Notes: generated from the letters alone by a model not told the origin. A stretch of 64,000 nucleotides of DNA from Candidatus Omnitrophota bacterium (GCA_028716245.1 JAQUQW010000002.1:229346-293345), one strand, 5' to 3'; shown: positions 45,076 through 55,887, counted from the first letter of the stretch. Numbers and translations are program-made.

Positions 45076-45537
45076 ATGGCCAGCTATAATAAAGTTTTAT
45101 TGATGGGCAATCTTACTAAAGATCCTGAGTTGCGTTATACTCCGCAGGGCACAGCCGTAGCTAACCTGCGCCTGGCGGTAAACCGCAAATATCGCACCAA
45201 AGACCAGGAGTTAAAAGAAGAGGTTTGTTTTATAACCGCGGTAGTCTGGAATAAGCAGGCCGAAACATGCAACCAGTATTTACATAAAGGAAGCAGTGTT
45301 TTTGTCGAAGGCAGGCTGCAGTCGCGCAGCTGGGAGGATAATACCGGGGCAAAGCGATCAGTAATCGAAGTCAGGGCAGAGCGCGTTCAATTTATGGGTG
45401 CTCCGGGCGGGGCGGCTAAGGCGCAGGAACAAGTGAGCCCGATACATACTCAGGCCGTGCCTGAGGCATTAGCTGAGGAGCCCACTAGTGAATCAACATG
45501 GTTAGCAGAAAGCGAGGATGAAGCGCATGAAGGTTAA
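45076..45537 (+). CDS. ssb: single-stranded DNA-binding protein
   Basis: MASYNKVLLMGNLTKDPELRYTPQGTAVANLRLAV OB-fold; acidic C-terminal tail. Confidence 0.9.
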   Translation: MASYNKVLLMGNLTKDPELRYTPQGTAVANLRLAVNRKYRTKDQELKEEVCFITAVVWNKQAETCNQYLHKGSSVFVEGRLQSRSWEDNTGAKRSVIEVRAERVQFMGAPGGAAKAQEQVSPIHTQAVPEALAEEPTSESTWLAESEDEAHEG

Positions 45538-45805
45538 GACCAGGGGTTTTGACAAAGATAAAAAGAAGCTGTTGAAGAAAAAGAAAGACGCGCTTGGCCC
45601 GGTGAGAAAAAGATTTTGCCGGTTTTGCGCGGATAAATTAGGCAGTATTGATTATAAGGATATAAAAAGACTGGAAGTCTTTATTACCGAAAAAGGCAAG
45701 ATCAATTCCAGCCGTTTTTCCGGTAATTGCGCCAGGCACCAAAGAAGAATTAGGGAGTTAATTAATAAGGCCAGGTTCCTGTCTTTACTTCCCTATACAC
45801 GGTAA
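45518..45805 (+). CDS. rpsR: 30S ribosomal protein S18
   Basis: RFCRFCADKLGSIDYKDIKRLEVFITEKGKI...ARHQRRIRELINKARFLSLLPY. Confidence 0.9.
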   Translation: MKRMKVKTRGFDKDKKKLLKKKKDALGPVRKRFCRFCADKLGSIDYKDIKRLEVFITEKGKINSSRFSGNCARHQRRIRELINKARFLSLLPYTR

Positions 45806-45811
45806 ATCAAG

Positions 45812-46264
45812 ATGGAAGTAATTTTAAATAAGGATGTAGAAAAAATCGGCAAGGCAGGGGCGGTGGTCCAGGTTAAAGAGGGGTTTGCCCGGAATTTTCT
45901 CTTCCCGCATAATTTAGCCAAGCCGGCTACCGCCGGCAGCCTTAAGAAATTAGAACAAGAGAAACAGGCAAGGAACGCCCAATCCGCTAAAGCCAAAGAA
46001 GAATTGCTTGTGGTCAAGGATCGCTTGGTCGAACTTTCTTTAACTATTTCCGCGCTGGCTCAGGATGACCAAAATTTATACGGCAGCATCAGCGCCCAGG
46101 ATATCTCTGAGGCCTTAAAAGCAGAAGGTTTTTCTATCGATAAGAACATTATCGATTTGGCTGAGCCGATAAAATCTTTAGGGATTTATGAAATTCAGGT
46201 AAAACTGCATCCGGAAATAACCGCTAAACTTAAATTATGGGTAGTCAAAACAAGCACCATATAG
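45812..46264 (+). CDS. rplI: 50S ribosomal protein L9
   Basis: MEVILNKDVEKIGKAGAVVQVKEGFARNFLFPHNLA. Confidence 0.9.
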   Translation: MEVILNKDVEKIGKAGAVVQVKEGFARNFLFPHNLAKPATAGSLKKLEQEKQARNAQSAKAKEELLVVKDRLVELSLTISALAQDDQNLYGSISAQDISEALKAEGFSIDKNIIDLAEPIKSLGIYEIQVKLHPEITAKLKLWVVKTSTI

Positions 46265-46340
46265 TTTTTATCTAGCGCAGTCCCTGTGAGCGTCAGCGAA
46301 CAGGGATTAAGTATCTTATAAACTTTAAAAAGGTTGTTAC

Positions 46341-47681
46341 ATGCTAAAAGAATTAGTTTTAGACAAGCTGCCTCCGCAGAACCTGGAAGCTGAGATGGCG
46401 GTATTGGGATCCATGCTTCTGGATGAAGAGGCGGTATCTTCGGCGGCCGAAAAATTAGACGCCGGGTGTTTTTATAAAGATACGCATAAGAAAATCTTCC
46501 AGGCAATAATGGATCTTTATAACGCCAATAAAGCCGTAGACTTGATCACCCTGACCGATGCCTTAAAGAAGGATGGGGCACTCGATGAAACAGGCGGGGC
46601 AAGCTATCTTACCTCTTTAGCCAATGCTGTTCCGACTGCCGCCAATATCAACCATTATGCCGGCATCGTGCGTGAAAAATATATCTTAAGGACCTTAATT
46701 AATAATTCCACCAGGATTATTACTGTCTGCCATGAAAGCCAGGGGAATATCGCTGAGGTCGTGGATACCGCCGAGAAGCTTATTTTTGAAGTCAGCGACC
46801 GGAAAAATCAGGGCACCTATCTGCACCTTAAAGAAATTATCAAGGATAGCATTGAAACAATTGACAGGCTTTATCAGAATAAAGCGCACGTTACCGGAGT
46901 ACCCACCGGTTATGTGGATTTTGATATTAAGACCGCCGGGTTGCAGCCGTCGGATTTAGTGATTATTGCCGGCCGGCCTTCAATGGGAAAAAGCGCTTTT
47001 GCCCTGGGAATCGCCGAATATGCCGGAGTGATTGAAAAGATACCCACCGCGATTTTTAGCTTAGAGATGTCCAAAGAGCAGCTGGTGCAAAGGATGCTTT
47101 GTTCGCACGCCCGGGTGGATGCGCATAAAGTGAGGACCGGATATCTGGCGACCAGCGATTGGCCGCGCCTGACCGCGGCTGCCGGAAAGCTTTCGGAAGC
47201 CCCCATTTTTATTGACGATACTCCGGCAATCTCGGTCATGGAGCTGCGCGCCCGCGCCCGAAGGCTGAAATCCCATCACGATATAAAATTAATTATTTTA
47301 GATTACATGCAGTTAATGCGCGGCTCGGCGATGAATATGGAAAGCCGGCAGCAGGAGATCTCGGAAATTTCGCGTTCGCTTAAAGCTTTGGCCAGGGAAT
47401 TAAATGTCCCGGTGATTGCCATCAGCCAGCTGTCCCGGGCGGTTGAATCGCGCACGGACCACCGCCCGCAGCTTTCGGATTTAAGGGAGTCCGGAGCAAT
47501 CGAGCAGGATGCCGATGTAGTCGTGCTGATCTTAAGGGAAGAGTATTATAATCCTTCTCCCGATAACCAGGGAATCGCCGAAGCGATTATTGCCAAGCAG
47601 CGTAACGGCCCGGTGGGGTCTTTGAAGTTAGCTTTTATCAAGGAATTCACCAGGTTCGATAATTTGTCCAGGATTGAATAA
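46341..47681 (+). CDS. dnaB: replicative DNA helicase
   Basis: Walker A GRPSMGKSAFAL, ISQLSRAVESR, RecA-like fold; 446 aa. Confidence 0.9.
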   Translation: MLKELVLDKLPPQNLEAEMAVLGSMLLDEEAVSSAAEKLDAGCFYKDTHKKIFQAIMDLYNANKAVDLITLTDALKKDGALDETGGASYLTSLANAVPTAANINHYAGIVREKYILRTLINNSTRIITVCHESQGNIAEVVDTAEKLIFEVSDRKNQGTYLHLKEIIKDSIETIDRLYQNKAHVTGVPTGYVDFDIKTAGLQPSDLVIIAGRPSMGKSAFALGIAEYAGVIEKIPTAIFSLEMSKEQLVQRMLCSHARVDAHKVRTGYLATSDWPRLTAAAGKLSEAPIFIDDTPAISVMELRARARRLKSHHDIKLIILDYMQLMRGSAMNMESRQQEISEISRSLKALARELNVPVIAISQLSRAVESRTDHRPQLSDLRESGAIEQDADVVVLILREEYYNPSPDNQGIAEAIIAKQRNGPVGSLKLAFIKEFTRFDNLSRIE

Positions 47682-47743
47682 TTATTTGATTAAAGCCGTC
47701 CATTCTTATATAATAAACAATAAGTTTTAATCTAGGAGAATCC

Positions 47744-50128
47744 TTGCGTAAATTAATCCCGGTACTTTTAGCACCTCTACTTATCTTTAGCACAATATCC
47801 ATAGTTTTGGCTGAAGAAAAACCTGTCTCCGCACCCGCAGTCCCTCCCGCGGCCGCCCCGGTAACTGTCAAAAATGTCACTGCCATGGAAGTTGTCGGCA
47901 ATAAATCGATCAGTACCAATGTGATTATCTCTAAGATGAAGACGCGCATCGGCAGCGCCTATCAGGAAAATATTATCAGTGATGATTTGAAGAGGCTTTA
48001 CCTGCTGGGGTTTTTTAGCGATATTAAAATCGACACGCAGGATTATAAAGACGGCCTGAAGGTTATTATCAGCGTTGTCGAAAGGCCGATTATCGAGAAG
48101 ATCAGTTTTTCCGGAATCAGCCGCATTACCATGAAGGATGATAAAATAAAGCAGCAGCTTAAATCCCGCGAAACACAATATTTAGATTATCCCAGCCTTA
48201 CCGAAGATGTCCATATATTGAAAAAGATGTATGAAAAAATGGGTTATAGCCAGGCCGAGATTACTTATAAAGTTGACGTCGATGCCCAGAAGGATAAAGC
48301 GAAGATAGTATTTACTGTTGTCGAAGGCAGGAAGGTGCGCATTAAAGATATTATTATCCAGGGGAATAAAACTTTTTCCAGCGGCCGCATCCTGAAACTG
48401 CTGAAGACCAAGCGCGCCTGGTTTTTTAATGCCGGAGTTTTAAAAGATGAAGTGCTGACGGAAGATATCGCGCGGGTCAAGTCTTTTTATCAACGCGAAG
48501 GTTTTACCGATGTCGCGGTAGATTACGGAGTTAAATCCGATGCCAAAAAAACATACCTGCTTTTTATTACCATCAAGATTAATGAAGGAAAAAAATACCT
48601 GGTAGGCTCGGTTATGGTAAAAGGCAATAAGGAGATTACCGAAAAAGAGATCTTAAGCCGCTTAAGCGACTGTATTCCCGGAAAAGTTTTCAGCCAGGAG
48701 GCGATGAAGAAGGATATTAGCAATGTTCAGGGCCTGTATTTTGACCGGGGATATATTTCCGCGGTTGTCCAGGAGTCCACGGTAGTCAATGCCGACAGCG
48801 GCAGGGTGGACATAACTTACGCGATTACTGAAAATCAAATTGTTTATGTTGATAAGATTAAAATCCGGGGTAACATTAAAACCAAGGACCTGGTTATCCG
48901 CAGGGAATTGAGGATCCATCCCGGAGAAAAATTTGACGGAGAGAAACTGCGGCGCAGCAAGGAGAGGCTGACAAATTTAGGATATTTTGATGAAGTAAGC
49001 TATGATACCGAGGAGAGTTCTGAACCGGATAAAAAGAACCTGCTGGTAGATGTAAAAGAGACCAAGACCGGCTCATTCAGCTTCGGCGGCGGTTACAGCA
49101 CGGTTGATCAGTTCATCGGTTTTGTGGAGGTCGAGCAGAAAAACTTCGACTGGAGGAATTGGCCTTATTTTACCGGCGCCGGGCAGAATTTAAAGGTGCG
49201 CGCCTCTATCGGCAATTTGAGTAATGGCGCGGAGTTAAGTTTTACCGAACCCTGGATGTTCGATTATCCGGTTTCTTTCGGCTTCGATGCGTACCGGCGC
49301 GACCATAAGCGGGATACCGATGTAGGATATGGTTATGATGAGAAGGTAACCGGCGGGGATTTGCGTTTAGGCAAGGAGATCTCTGAGTATCTGCGTACAG
49401 ATATCACCTATCGTTTGGATCAGATACAAATCTCAAATATTAATACCCCCGCCTCAGATGCTCTTTTAAATGAGGAGGGCACGAATGTAATCAGCAGTAT
49501 TACTCCTTCTTTGACCTATGATAGCCGGGATAATGTTTTTGATACCCGAAAAGGTAATTATCTTACCGGGGCAATGGAATTTGCCGGAGGCCCGCTTGCC
49601 GGCGACAAGAATTACTGGAAGTTCTCCGGGCAGGCTTCGCATTTTATGCCTATGCCGTATAACGCGGTGCTGGAATTTAGAGGCAGGGTAGGTTTGGCAG
49701 ATCCATTCAGTAATTCCAGCAGCCTTCCTATTTATGAAAGATTCTTTGCCGGAGGCGCGTACAGTTTAAGAGGTTATGAAGAAAGAAAAGTGGGCCCCGT
49801 TGATTCCAAATCAAATGATCCTTTAGGCGGCAATTCTATGTTGGTGGGAAATATCGAATATACTTATCCATTATTTGCTTTTTTAAAAGTAGCGGCATTC
49901 TATGATGTAGGTAACGTTTGGGAAAAACTAGGCGATATTGGTTCTTCTAAAAATGCCAACGGAGTTATCAACAGCGGAGGATTTAAATCTGACGTGGGTT
50001 TAGGCCTAAGAATTAAAACCCCGATTGGCCCGATAATGCTGGATTATGGTTTTCCCATGAATAAGGCATCCGGCGAAGACAGAAAGAAAAGCGGCAGATT
50101 TAACTTCAGCGCCAGCCACGGGTTTTAA
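47744..50128 (+). CDS. bamA: outer membrane protein assembly factor BamA (TTG start)
   Basis: 794 aa; POTRA repeats and C-terminal 16-strand barrel ending ...FNFSASHGF. Confidence 0.9.
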   Translation: MRKLIPVLLAPLLIFSTISIVLAEEKPVSAPAVPPAAAPVTVKNVTAMEVVGNKSISTNVIISKMKTRIGSAYQENIISDDLKRLYLLGFFSDIKIDTQDYKDGLKVIISVVERPIIEKISFSGISRITMKDDKIKQQLKSRETQYLDYPSLTEDVHILKKMYEKMGYSQAEITYKVDVDAQKDKAKIVFTVVEGRKVRIKDIIIQGNKTFSSGRILKLLKTKRAWFFNAGVLKDEVLTEDIARVKSFYQREGFTDVAVDYGVKSDAKKTYLLFITIKINEGKKYLVGSVMVKGNKEITEKEILSRLSDCIPGKVFSQEAMKKDISNVQGLYFDRGYISAVVQESTVVNADSGRVDITYAITENQIVYVDKIKIRGNIKTKDLVIRRELRIHPGEKFDGEKLRRSKERLTNLGYFDEVSYDTEESSEPDKKNLLVDVKETKTGSFSFGGGYSTVDQFIGFVEVEQKNFDWRNWPYFTGAGQNLKVRASIGNLSNGAELSFTEPWMFDYPVSFGFDAYRRDHKRDTDVGYGYDEKVTGGDLRLGKEISEYLRTDITYRLDQIQISNINTPASDALLNEEGTNVISSITPSLTYDSRDNVFDTRKGNYLTGAMEFAGGPLAGDKNYWKFSGQASHFMPMPYNAVLEFRGRVGLADPFSNSSSLPIYERFFAGGAYSLRGYEERKVGPVDSKSNDPLGGNSMLVGNIEYTYPLFAFLKVAAFYDVGNVWEKLGDIGSSKNANGVINSGGFKSDVGLGLRIKTPIGPIMLDYGFPMNKASGEDRKKSGRFNFSASHGF

Positions 50129-50163
50129 TAAATAAAAAATTATTAATCAAAACGGGAGGAAAG

Positions 50164-50664
50164 ATGAAAAAGGCAGCAGTAGTTTTGTGGGGGGCAATCT
50201 TTGGTTTGGTCTTATTTGCCGCAAGCGCTCAGGCCGCGGATAAGCTCGGTTATATCGATCTAAGCCGCACCTTCAGTGAATATAGCAAGACCAAAGGATA
50301 TGATAAAACTTTAACCGATAAAGAAAAGGCTTATACCGAAGAACGTGACAAAAAAGTGGCCGACCTTAAGGCCTTTCAAGATAAATTGAATTTACTTAAT
50401 GACAAAGAAAGAGAAGCAAAAAAAGATGACCTTCAAAATAAGGTGAAAGCCTTTCAGGATTATGACCGCCAGAAGCAGACTGAACTGCGTAAAGAGCAGG
50501 ATGAAAGAATGAAGGAGATCCTTAAAGATATCGAGGAAGCGGTTAAGAAATATTCCGAAAAAGAAGGGTACACCTTTGTTTTTAATGACCGGGTGTTGGT
50601 TTATCAAAATAAAACTCTGGACATTACCAGCCAGATTATTGATATTTTGAATAAAGGAAAGTAA
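50164..50664 (+). CDS. skp: periplasmic chaperone Skp (OmpH)
   Basis: Signal peptide, coiled-coil rich 166 aa, position between bamA and lpxD. Confidence 0.8.
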   Translation: MKKAAVVLWGAIFGLVLFAASAQAADKLGYIDLSRTFSEYSKTKGYDKTLTDKEKAYTEERDKKVADLKAFQDKLNLLNDKEREAKKDDLQNKVKAFQDYDRQKQTELRKEQDERMKEILKDIEEAVKKYSEKEGYTFVFNDRVLVYQNKTLDITSQIIDILNKGK

Positions 50665-50670
50665 TAGGCA

Positions 50671-51702
50671 GTGCAGAAAACACTTAAGGAAATAGCCAAA
50701 CTTATCGGCGGACAAGTTATCGGCGACGGCGATATCCTGATTACCGGGGCCTCAGGAATTAAAGAGGCGGCTGAAGGGGAGATTACTTTCCTGGCCAATC
50801 CCAAATACAACTCGCTTATGGATAAGACCCGGGCCGCGGCGATTGTTACCTCAGCTGAGGCGCAGAAAACTACCAAGCCGGTAATCTTAATTGAAAATCC
50901 TTCTCTGGCTTTTACCAAGATTATTTCTATGTTCATGCCTGATGAAGTAGGGCATCCCAAGAACATAGATTATACCGTAGTCCTGGGCAAGGATGTTTTT
51001 TTAGGCAAAGACGTGGCTATCGGGCCTTATACGGTTATCGGCGATAATGTTGTAATAGGAGATAACGCCATAATTTACGCCGGCTGTTATATCGGCCACC
51101 ATACAAAAATAGGCGACAATACTTTAATTTATCCGCATGTTTCCATACGCGAACGCATCAGTATTGGCAGAAGCGTAATTATTCATTCCGGCACAGTCAT
51201 CGGTTCGGATGGGTTTGGATTCGCTACGATTAAGGGGCTGCACCATAAGATCCCTCAGGTGGGGACAGTTGAGATCGGCGATGATGTTGAGATCGGCGCC
51301 AATGTTACCATTGACCGGGCGCGTTTTGATAAGACGGTTATCGGCCGGGGAACTAAAATCGATAACCTTGTCCAAATTGCCCATAATGTAGTTATCGGTG
51401 AAAATTCTCTTATCGTCGCCCAGGTAGGTATATCCGGCAGCACGATTATCGGTAATAATGTGACTTTAGGCGGCCAAGCCGGTTTGGTCGGCCACATCAA
51501 TATCGGTAATAACGCCATTGTAACCGCCCAATCCGGAGTAGCAAAATCCGTTCCACCGGATACGATGGTCTCAGGCTATCCGGCCCGGCCTTTTATGACT
51601 ACGCAGAGAGCAAACGCCAGCCTTCAGAACTTACCTAAGCTATTTGATCTGGTTAAGGAATTAAAGAAAAAGATTGAAGAGCTGGAAGCTAAATTAAAAT
51701 AA
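50671..51702 (+). CDS. lpxD: UDP-3-O-acylglucosamine N-acyltransferase
   Basis: Hexapeptide-repeat left-handed beta-helix, 343 aa, C-terminal coiled-coil. Confidence 0.9.
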   Translation: MQKTLKEIAKLIGGQVIGDGDILITGASGIKEAAEGEITFLANPKYNSLMDKTRAAAIVTSAEAQKTTKPVILIENPSLAFTKIISMFMPDEVGHPKNIDYTVVLGKDVFLGKDVAIGPYTVIGDNVVIGDNAIIYAGCYIGHHTKIGDNTLIYPHVSIRERISIGRSVIIHSGTVIGSDGFGFATIKGLHHKIPQVGTVEIGDDVEIGANVTIDRARFDKTVIGRGTKIDNLVQIAHNVVIGENSLIVAQVGISGSTIIGNNVTLGGQAGLVGHINIGNNAIVTAQSGVAKSVPPDTMVSGYPARPFMTTQRANASLQNLPKLFDLVKELKKKIEELEAKLK

Positions 51703-51762
51703 ATCAATCCCTTAATTTTGTCAGGATTGATACTAGAGCGGCGATAGCCGCGAAAGTATAAA

Positions 51763-53055
51763 ATGGAAAAACAAAGGACAATCGCCAAAGAAATTCAGCT
51801 TAAAGGTATTGGCATCCATACGGGCAATAAGGTTAATCTTACCCTTAAGCCGGCAGAGGCAGATAGCGGCGTAACTTTTATCCGCACAGATATTCCCGCG
51901 GCTCCCAGGATAAAGGCCAATGTGGAATTTTTGCTGGCGCAGAAATTGAGCCGGCGCTCCTCCATCGGAAATGGCCAGGTAGAGGTGCAGACTGTCGAGC
52001 ACCTTATGGCGGCATTATCCTGCTTAGGAATTGATAATATTGATATCCAGATAGATAATAATGAGCTCCCTGGCTTAGACGGCAGCGCCAGCGGTTTTGT
52101 CGAGGCCCTGGAAAAGGCCGGGATAGCTCAACAGGAAAAACAAAAATATATTTATACGGTTAAGGCGCCCATAAGCATCCAGGAAGGCCCAAGTTCCGTT
52201 ACTATCTTGCCGTCTAAAGAGTTTAAGGTTTCCTACACCTTAAACTATGACCATCCTCTGCTTGAGTCGCAGTTTTTAGAGGTGGCGGTTAACCCGGAGT
52301 CTTTTAAGAAAGAGATTGCTCCGGCGCGGACTTTCTGCATGGAGAGCGAAGCCCGGCAATTACAAAATCAGGGCTTAGGCCTGGGGGCCAATTATGAAAA
52401 TACCCTGGTCGTCGGCACCGCGGGGGTAATTAAAAATAAGCTTAGGTTCAAGGATGAATTTGTCAGGCATAAGATCCTGGATTTAATCGGCGATCTCTAT
52501 TTAGCCGGTTGTCCGATTTACGGCCACGTGATCGCCATAAAAAGCGGGCATTCTTTGAATCTCAAGATCGCCCAGAAAATCCATGAGCAAAGAATAAAAA
52601 CACAAGGAGCTGCGGATATGAAAGAGGTCTTGGATGTTAACGAGATTATGAAGATTTTACCGCACCGCCAACCGTTCCTGTTTGTTGACCGGGTTACCCA
52701 TTTGGAAAAGGGCAAGCGGGCAGTCGGGATTAAAAACGTAACCATAAATGATTATTTTTTCAAAGGCCATTTTCCGGGCCGTCCGGTTATGCCGGGGGTG
52801 CTTATTTTAGAGGCGATGGCCCAGGTTGGCGGGGTAATGATGCTGGCCAGCGAGGAGAACCGGGGGAAGCTGGCGTTTTTTATGGCCATTGATAACGCCA
52901 AGTTCAGAAAAACAGTTGTTCCCGGGGACCAATTGGTTTTTGAAGTAGAGGCCGGAAAGATGCGCTCAAAGATCGGCTTGGTGCATGGCAAGGCATTGGT
53001 AGACGGCAAAGTGGTCGCCGAAGCCGATTTAATGTTCGCCTTGGTAGAGGATTAA
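51763..53055 (+). CDS. lpxC-fabZ: fused UDP-3-O-acyl-GlcNAc deacetylase / 3-hydroxyacyl-ACP dehydratase
   Basis: N-terminal LpxC domain (HxxxD zinc region, HSLNLK) continuous with C-terminal FabZ hot-dog ([26 protein letters not shown]). Confidence 0.85.
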   Translation: MEKQRTIAKEIQLKGIGIHTGNKVNLTLKPAEADSGVTFIRTDIPAAPRIKANVEFLLAQKLSRRSSIGNGQVEVQTVEHLMAALSCLGIDNIDIQIDNNELPGLDGSASGFVEALEKAGIAQQEKQKYIYTVKAPISIQEGPSSVTILPSKEFKVSYTLNYDHPLLESQFLEVAVNPESFKKEIAPARTFCMESEARQLQNQGLGLGANYENTLVVGTAGVIKNKLRFKDEFVRHKILDLIGDLYLAGCPIYGHVIAIKSGHSLNLKIAQKIHEQRIKTQGAADMKEVLDVNEIMKILPHRQPFLFVDRVTHLEKGKRAVGIKNVTINDYFFKGHFPGRPVMPGVLILEAMAQVGGVMMLASEENRGKLAFFMAIDNAKFRKTVVPGDQLVFEVEAGKMRSKIGLVHGKALVDGKVVAEADLMFALVED

Positions 53056-53057
53056 TT

Positions 53058-53837
53058 ATGCAGATACACCCTTCAGCAATAGTTTCTCCGAAAGCAAAAT
53101 TAGCATCAGGGGTAACGGTCGGCCCCTTTAGCATAATCAGCGATAATGTCAGTATCGGCGCCGATACCAAAGTCGGCGCGCATTGCGTAATCGAAGGAAA
53201 CACCGCTATCGGCCGCGGCTGTGAAATATTTACCGGAAGCGTCATCGGCAGCCGGCCGCAAGACCTTAAATTCAAAGGTGAAAAAGTATTCTTAGAAATA
53301 GGCAACAATAATATTATCCGCGAGTATTGCACGCTTAATCCGGGGACAAAAGAAGGGGCAAAAACAATTATCGGTGACAATAATTTACTGATGGCTTATT
53401 CGCATGTCGCCCACGATTGCCAGGTTGGCAGCGGGTGTGTTTTGGCCAATAACTGCACCCTGGCCGGCCATGTCACCATTGAAGACTCCGCGGTTATCGG
53501 CGGGATAGTGGCCATACATCAGTTTGTGCGCATTGGCAGGCTTTCAATTATCGGAGGATGCTCTAAAGTCGTCCAGGATATTCCCCCGTTTTCTACCTGC
53601 GATGGGCATCCGGCGCGCGTCTACGGTTTGAATCTTATCGGTTTAAGGCGTAAAGGCATTTCCAACGCGTCCATCAAACAGCTTGATCAAGCGTTTAAAA
53701 TGATCTTTAATTCCGGATTATCCGTAAAGCACGCCGTTGAAAGAGTAGAAAAAGAACTGGAGAAAAGCCAAGAGATAACTTATCTGGTTAATTTCACTAA
53801 AAACTCTGAGCGCGGTTTAACCCGCTCCTGTCGCTAA
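53058..53837 (+). CDS. lpxA: acyl-ACP--UDP-GlcNAc O-acyltransferase
   Basis: MQIHPSAIVSPKAKL; hexapeptide repeats; 259 aa. Confidence 0.9.
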   Translation: MQIHPSAIVSPKAKLASGVTVGPFSIISDNVSIGADTKVGAHCVIEGNTAIGRGCEIFTGSVIGSRPQDLKFKGEKVFLEIGNNNIIREYCTLNPGTKEGAKTIIGDNNLLMAYSHVAHDCQVGSGCVLANNCTLAGHVTIEDSAVIGGIVAIHQFVRIGRLSIIGGCSKVVQDIPPFSTCDGHPARVYGLNLIGLRRKGISNASIKQLDQAFKMIFNSGLSVKHAVERVEKELEKSQEITYLVNFTKNSERGLTRSCR

Positions 53838-53841
53838 ATTA

Positions 53842-54645
53842 ATGCCAAAGATCGGTTTGATTGCCGGAAACAGAAAATTCCCCCTGCTTTTTGCCGCCGC
53901 GGCCCGCAAAAAAGACTGTTCAATTGTCGCTATTGCCATTAAAGGCGATACCTCGCCCAAACTAAAGAAACTGGTTGATAAAATATACTGGATCGGCCTG
54001 CCTGAATTTCAGAAAATCTTTGAGATATTTAAATCCGAAGCAGTAGAGGGCGTGGTCATGGCCGGACAAATCAGCCCGCACAGATTATTCAGTAAAGAGA
54101 TTAATAAAAGCCCGGAATTAAAACAGATTTTAGAGAGCCTAAAAGACAAAAAGACGGATACATTATTCGGGGCGGTGGCGCAAAAATTGGAAGAAGCCGG
54201 TTTATCTCTTTTAGACTCAACGACATTTATCGAAGAGTATCTGCCTAAAAAAGGCACGCTGACCAAACATCAGCCGGATTTTAATACCTGGGAAGATGTC
54301 TATTTCGGTTTAAGTTTGGCTAAGGCGGTGGCCAGTTTAGATATCGGCCAGACGGTGGCGGTAAAAAGCAAGACCATAGTTGCCGTTGAGGCTTTTGAAG
54401 GGACGGATAATTTGATTCGCCGGGCAGGCAAAATCAGCCGCGGCAGGATGGTAATCGTTAAGGTAAGTAAACCCAAGCAGGACATGCGCTTTGATATTCC
54501 GGTTATCGGCTTAAATACGATAAAAAATCTGACCAAGGCCAAAGCCAGGTGCCTGGCGTTTGAAGCCGGCAAAACACTTTTTATCGACCAAGAAGAAAGC
54601 ATCCGGCTGGCGGATAAAAAGGGTATCTCCATTGTCGCGGTATAA
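53842..54645 (+). CDS. lpxI: LpxI-family (DUF1009) UDP-2,3-diacylglucosamine hydrolase candidate
   Basis: MPKIGLIAGNRKFPLL N-terminus typical of LpxI; position immediately after lpxA; 267 aa. Confidence 0.55.
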   Translation: MPKIGLIAGNRKFPLLFAAAARKKDCSIVAIAIKGDTSPKLKKLVDKIYWIGLPEFQKIFEIFKSEAVEGVVMAGQISPHRLFSKEINKSPELKQILESLKDKKTDTLFGAVAQKLEEAGLSLLDSTTFIEEYLPKKGTLTKHQPDFNTWEDVYFGLSLAKAVASLDIGQTVAVKSKTIVAVEAFEGTDNLIRRAGKISRGRMVIVKVSKPKQDMRFDIPVIGLNTIKNLTKAKARCLAFEAGKTLFIDQEESIRLADKKGISIVAV

Positions 54646-54703
54646 AATTTCTTGACAGAGGCTCTTTGTAGTGCAAGAATGATATAACAAAAAGGAGGGA
54701 AAC

Positions 54704-54979
54704 ATGCCACGGACAGCTGAAACAAAACCAACGGAGTTTAAGTTATATGCCCCTGGGGCCAAAAAGGTTATGGTTGCCGGAAGTTTCAATAAATGGGATA
54801 CCAAGAAATTATCTGCCAAGAAAGACAGCAAGGGTAATTGGTTGGCAAAGGTAGCCCTTAAGCCGGGCAGGTATGAGTATAAATTTGTCGTTGATGAAAA
54901 TTGGACAAATGACCCCCGTTGCACCTCTTGCGTAGCCAATTCGCTGGGTTCGCATAACTCTGTAGTTGAGGTTAAATAA
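54704..54979 (+). CDS. stand-alone CBM48/AMPK-beta-like glycogen-binding module
   Basis: FKLYAPGAKKVMVAGSFNKWDTKKL...GRYEYKFVVDENWTNDP matches CBM48 core. Confidence 0.6.
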   Translation: MPRTAETKPTEFKLYAPGAKKVMVAGSFNKWDTKKLSAKKDSKGNWLAKVALKPGRYEYKFVVDENWTNDPRCTSCVANSLGSHNSVVEVK

Positions 54980-54991
54980 GTTAACCTTTTC
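54971..54991 (+). terminator. terminator hairpin spanning CBM48 stop codon
   Basis: GGTTAA-ATAAG-TTAACC followed by TTTTC. Confidence 0.5.
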
Positions 54992-55144
54992 ATCATTAAT
55001 TATCAAGCTAATCATTCCCTGCCATTCATAGCGGGAATGATTACTTTAGGGCGCTGCTTATTAAGTAGCGCCCTCTTACTTGTTCGCCGACGCTCACAAG
55101 TATTTCGCTAGATTAAAACTTATGGTGCTCAAACTTATCCAACT

Positions 55145-55864
55145 ATGAAATATATCTACGGCCCGATAAAATCGCGCAGGCTGGGGCTTTCCTTAGGTTT
55201 AAGCCTAAGCCCTAATAAAATATGCAATCTGGATTGTATTTATTGCCAATGGGGCTCTGTCGGCAAAACTGTTGCTGAAAGAAAAGAATACGCCAGCCCA
55301 GCTGAAATTATCTCTGAGTTAAAATCCTGGATCCAAAATAATCCCCAAGAATTTAAAGAGCTAAAATTCGTCACTCTTTCCGGTTTAGGCGAGCCGACGC
55401 TAAATACCTGCATCGGGGAACTGATCGATCAGGTAAAGGCGATTACCGGCGCAAGCATCGCTGTAATTACCAATTCTGCGCTTCTGGGGGATCCTTTGGT
55501 GCGTAAGGGGATTTTGAAAGCGGATTTAATTGTTCCTTCTCTGGATGCGGTTGACCCGCAAATCTTTAAACAGATCGACCGGCCGGATACGGCTATAAAA
55601 TTAAATGAAATTATCGACGGCTTAATTGCTTTAAAAAAAGAATTCCGCGGTAAGATCTGGCTTGAGATCATGCTGGTTGCCGGGGTCAATGATGATTTTG
55701 GCCATATCGAGGAATTAAAAAAGATAATCCAGCGCATCAATCCGGATAAAATCCAGCTTAATTCTCCGGTGCGCTCAACCGCCGAGAAAAACGTTCTTCC
55801 CGTCGAGAGGGCAAAATTAGAGAAGATAAAAGAGTTCTTAGGGGATAAGGCGGAGATTGTTTAG
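55145..55864 (+). CDS. radical SAM domain protein (COG0731-like)
   Basis: CNLDCIYCQWG CxxxCxxC cluster motif after GPIKSRRLGLSLG N-term; 239 aa. Confidence 0.7.
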   Translation: MKYIYGPIKSRRLGLSLGLSLSPNKICNLDCIYCQWGSVGKTVAERKEYASPAEIISELKSWIQNNPQEFKELKFVTLSGLGEPTLNTCIGELIDQVKAITGASIAVITNSALLGDPLVRKGILKADLIVPSLDAVDPQIFKQIDRPDTAIKLNEIIDGLIALKKEFRGKIWLEIMLVAGVNDDFGHIEELKKIIQRINPDKIQLNSPVRSTAEKNVLPVERAKLEKIKEFLGDKAEIV

Positions 55865-55887
55865 GAATTTGCGCCAGCCTATATTGC

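Noticed and set aside
54651-54703. TTGACA upstream of the CBM48 gene as a full sigma70 promoter
   Set aside because: I could not find a convincing -10 hexamer at 16-18 nt spacing (only AAGAAT). It is left uncalled.
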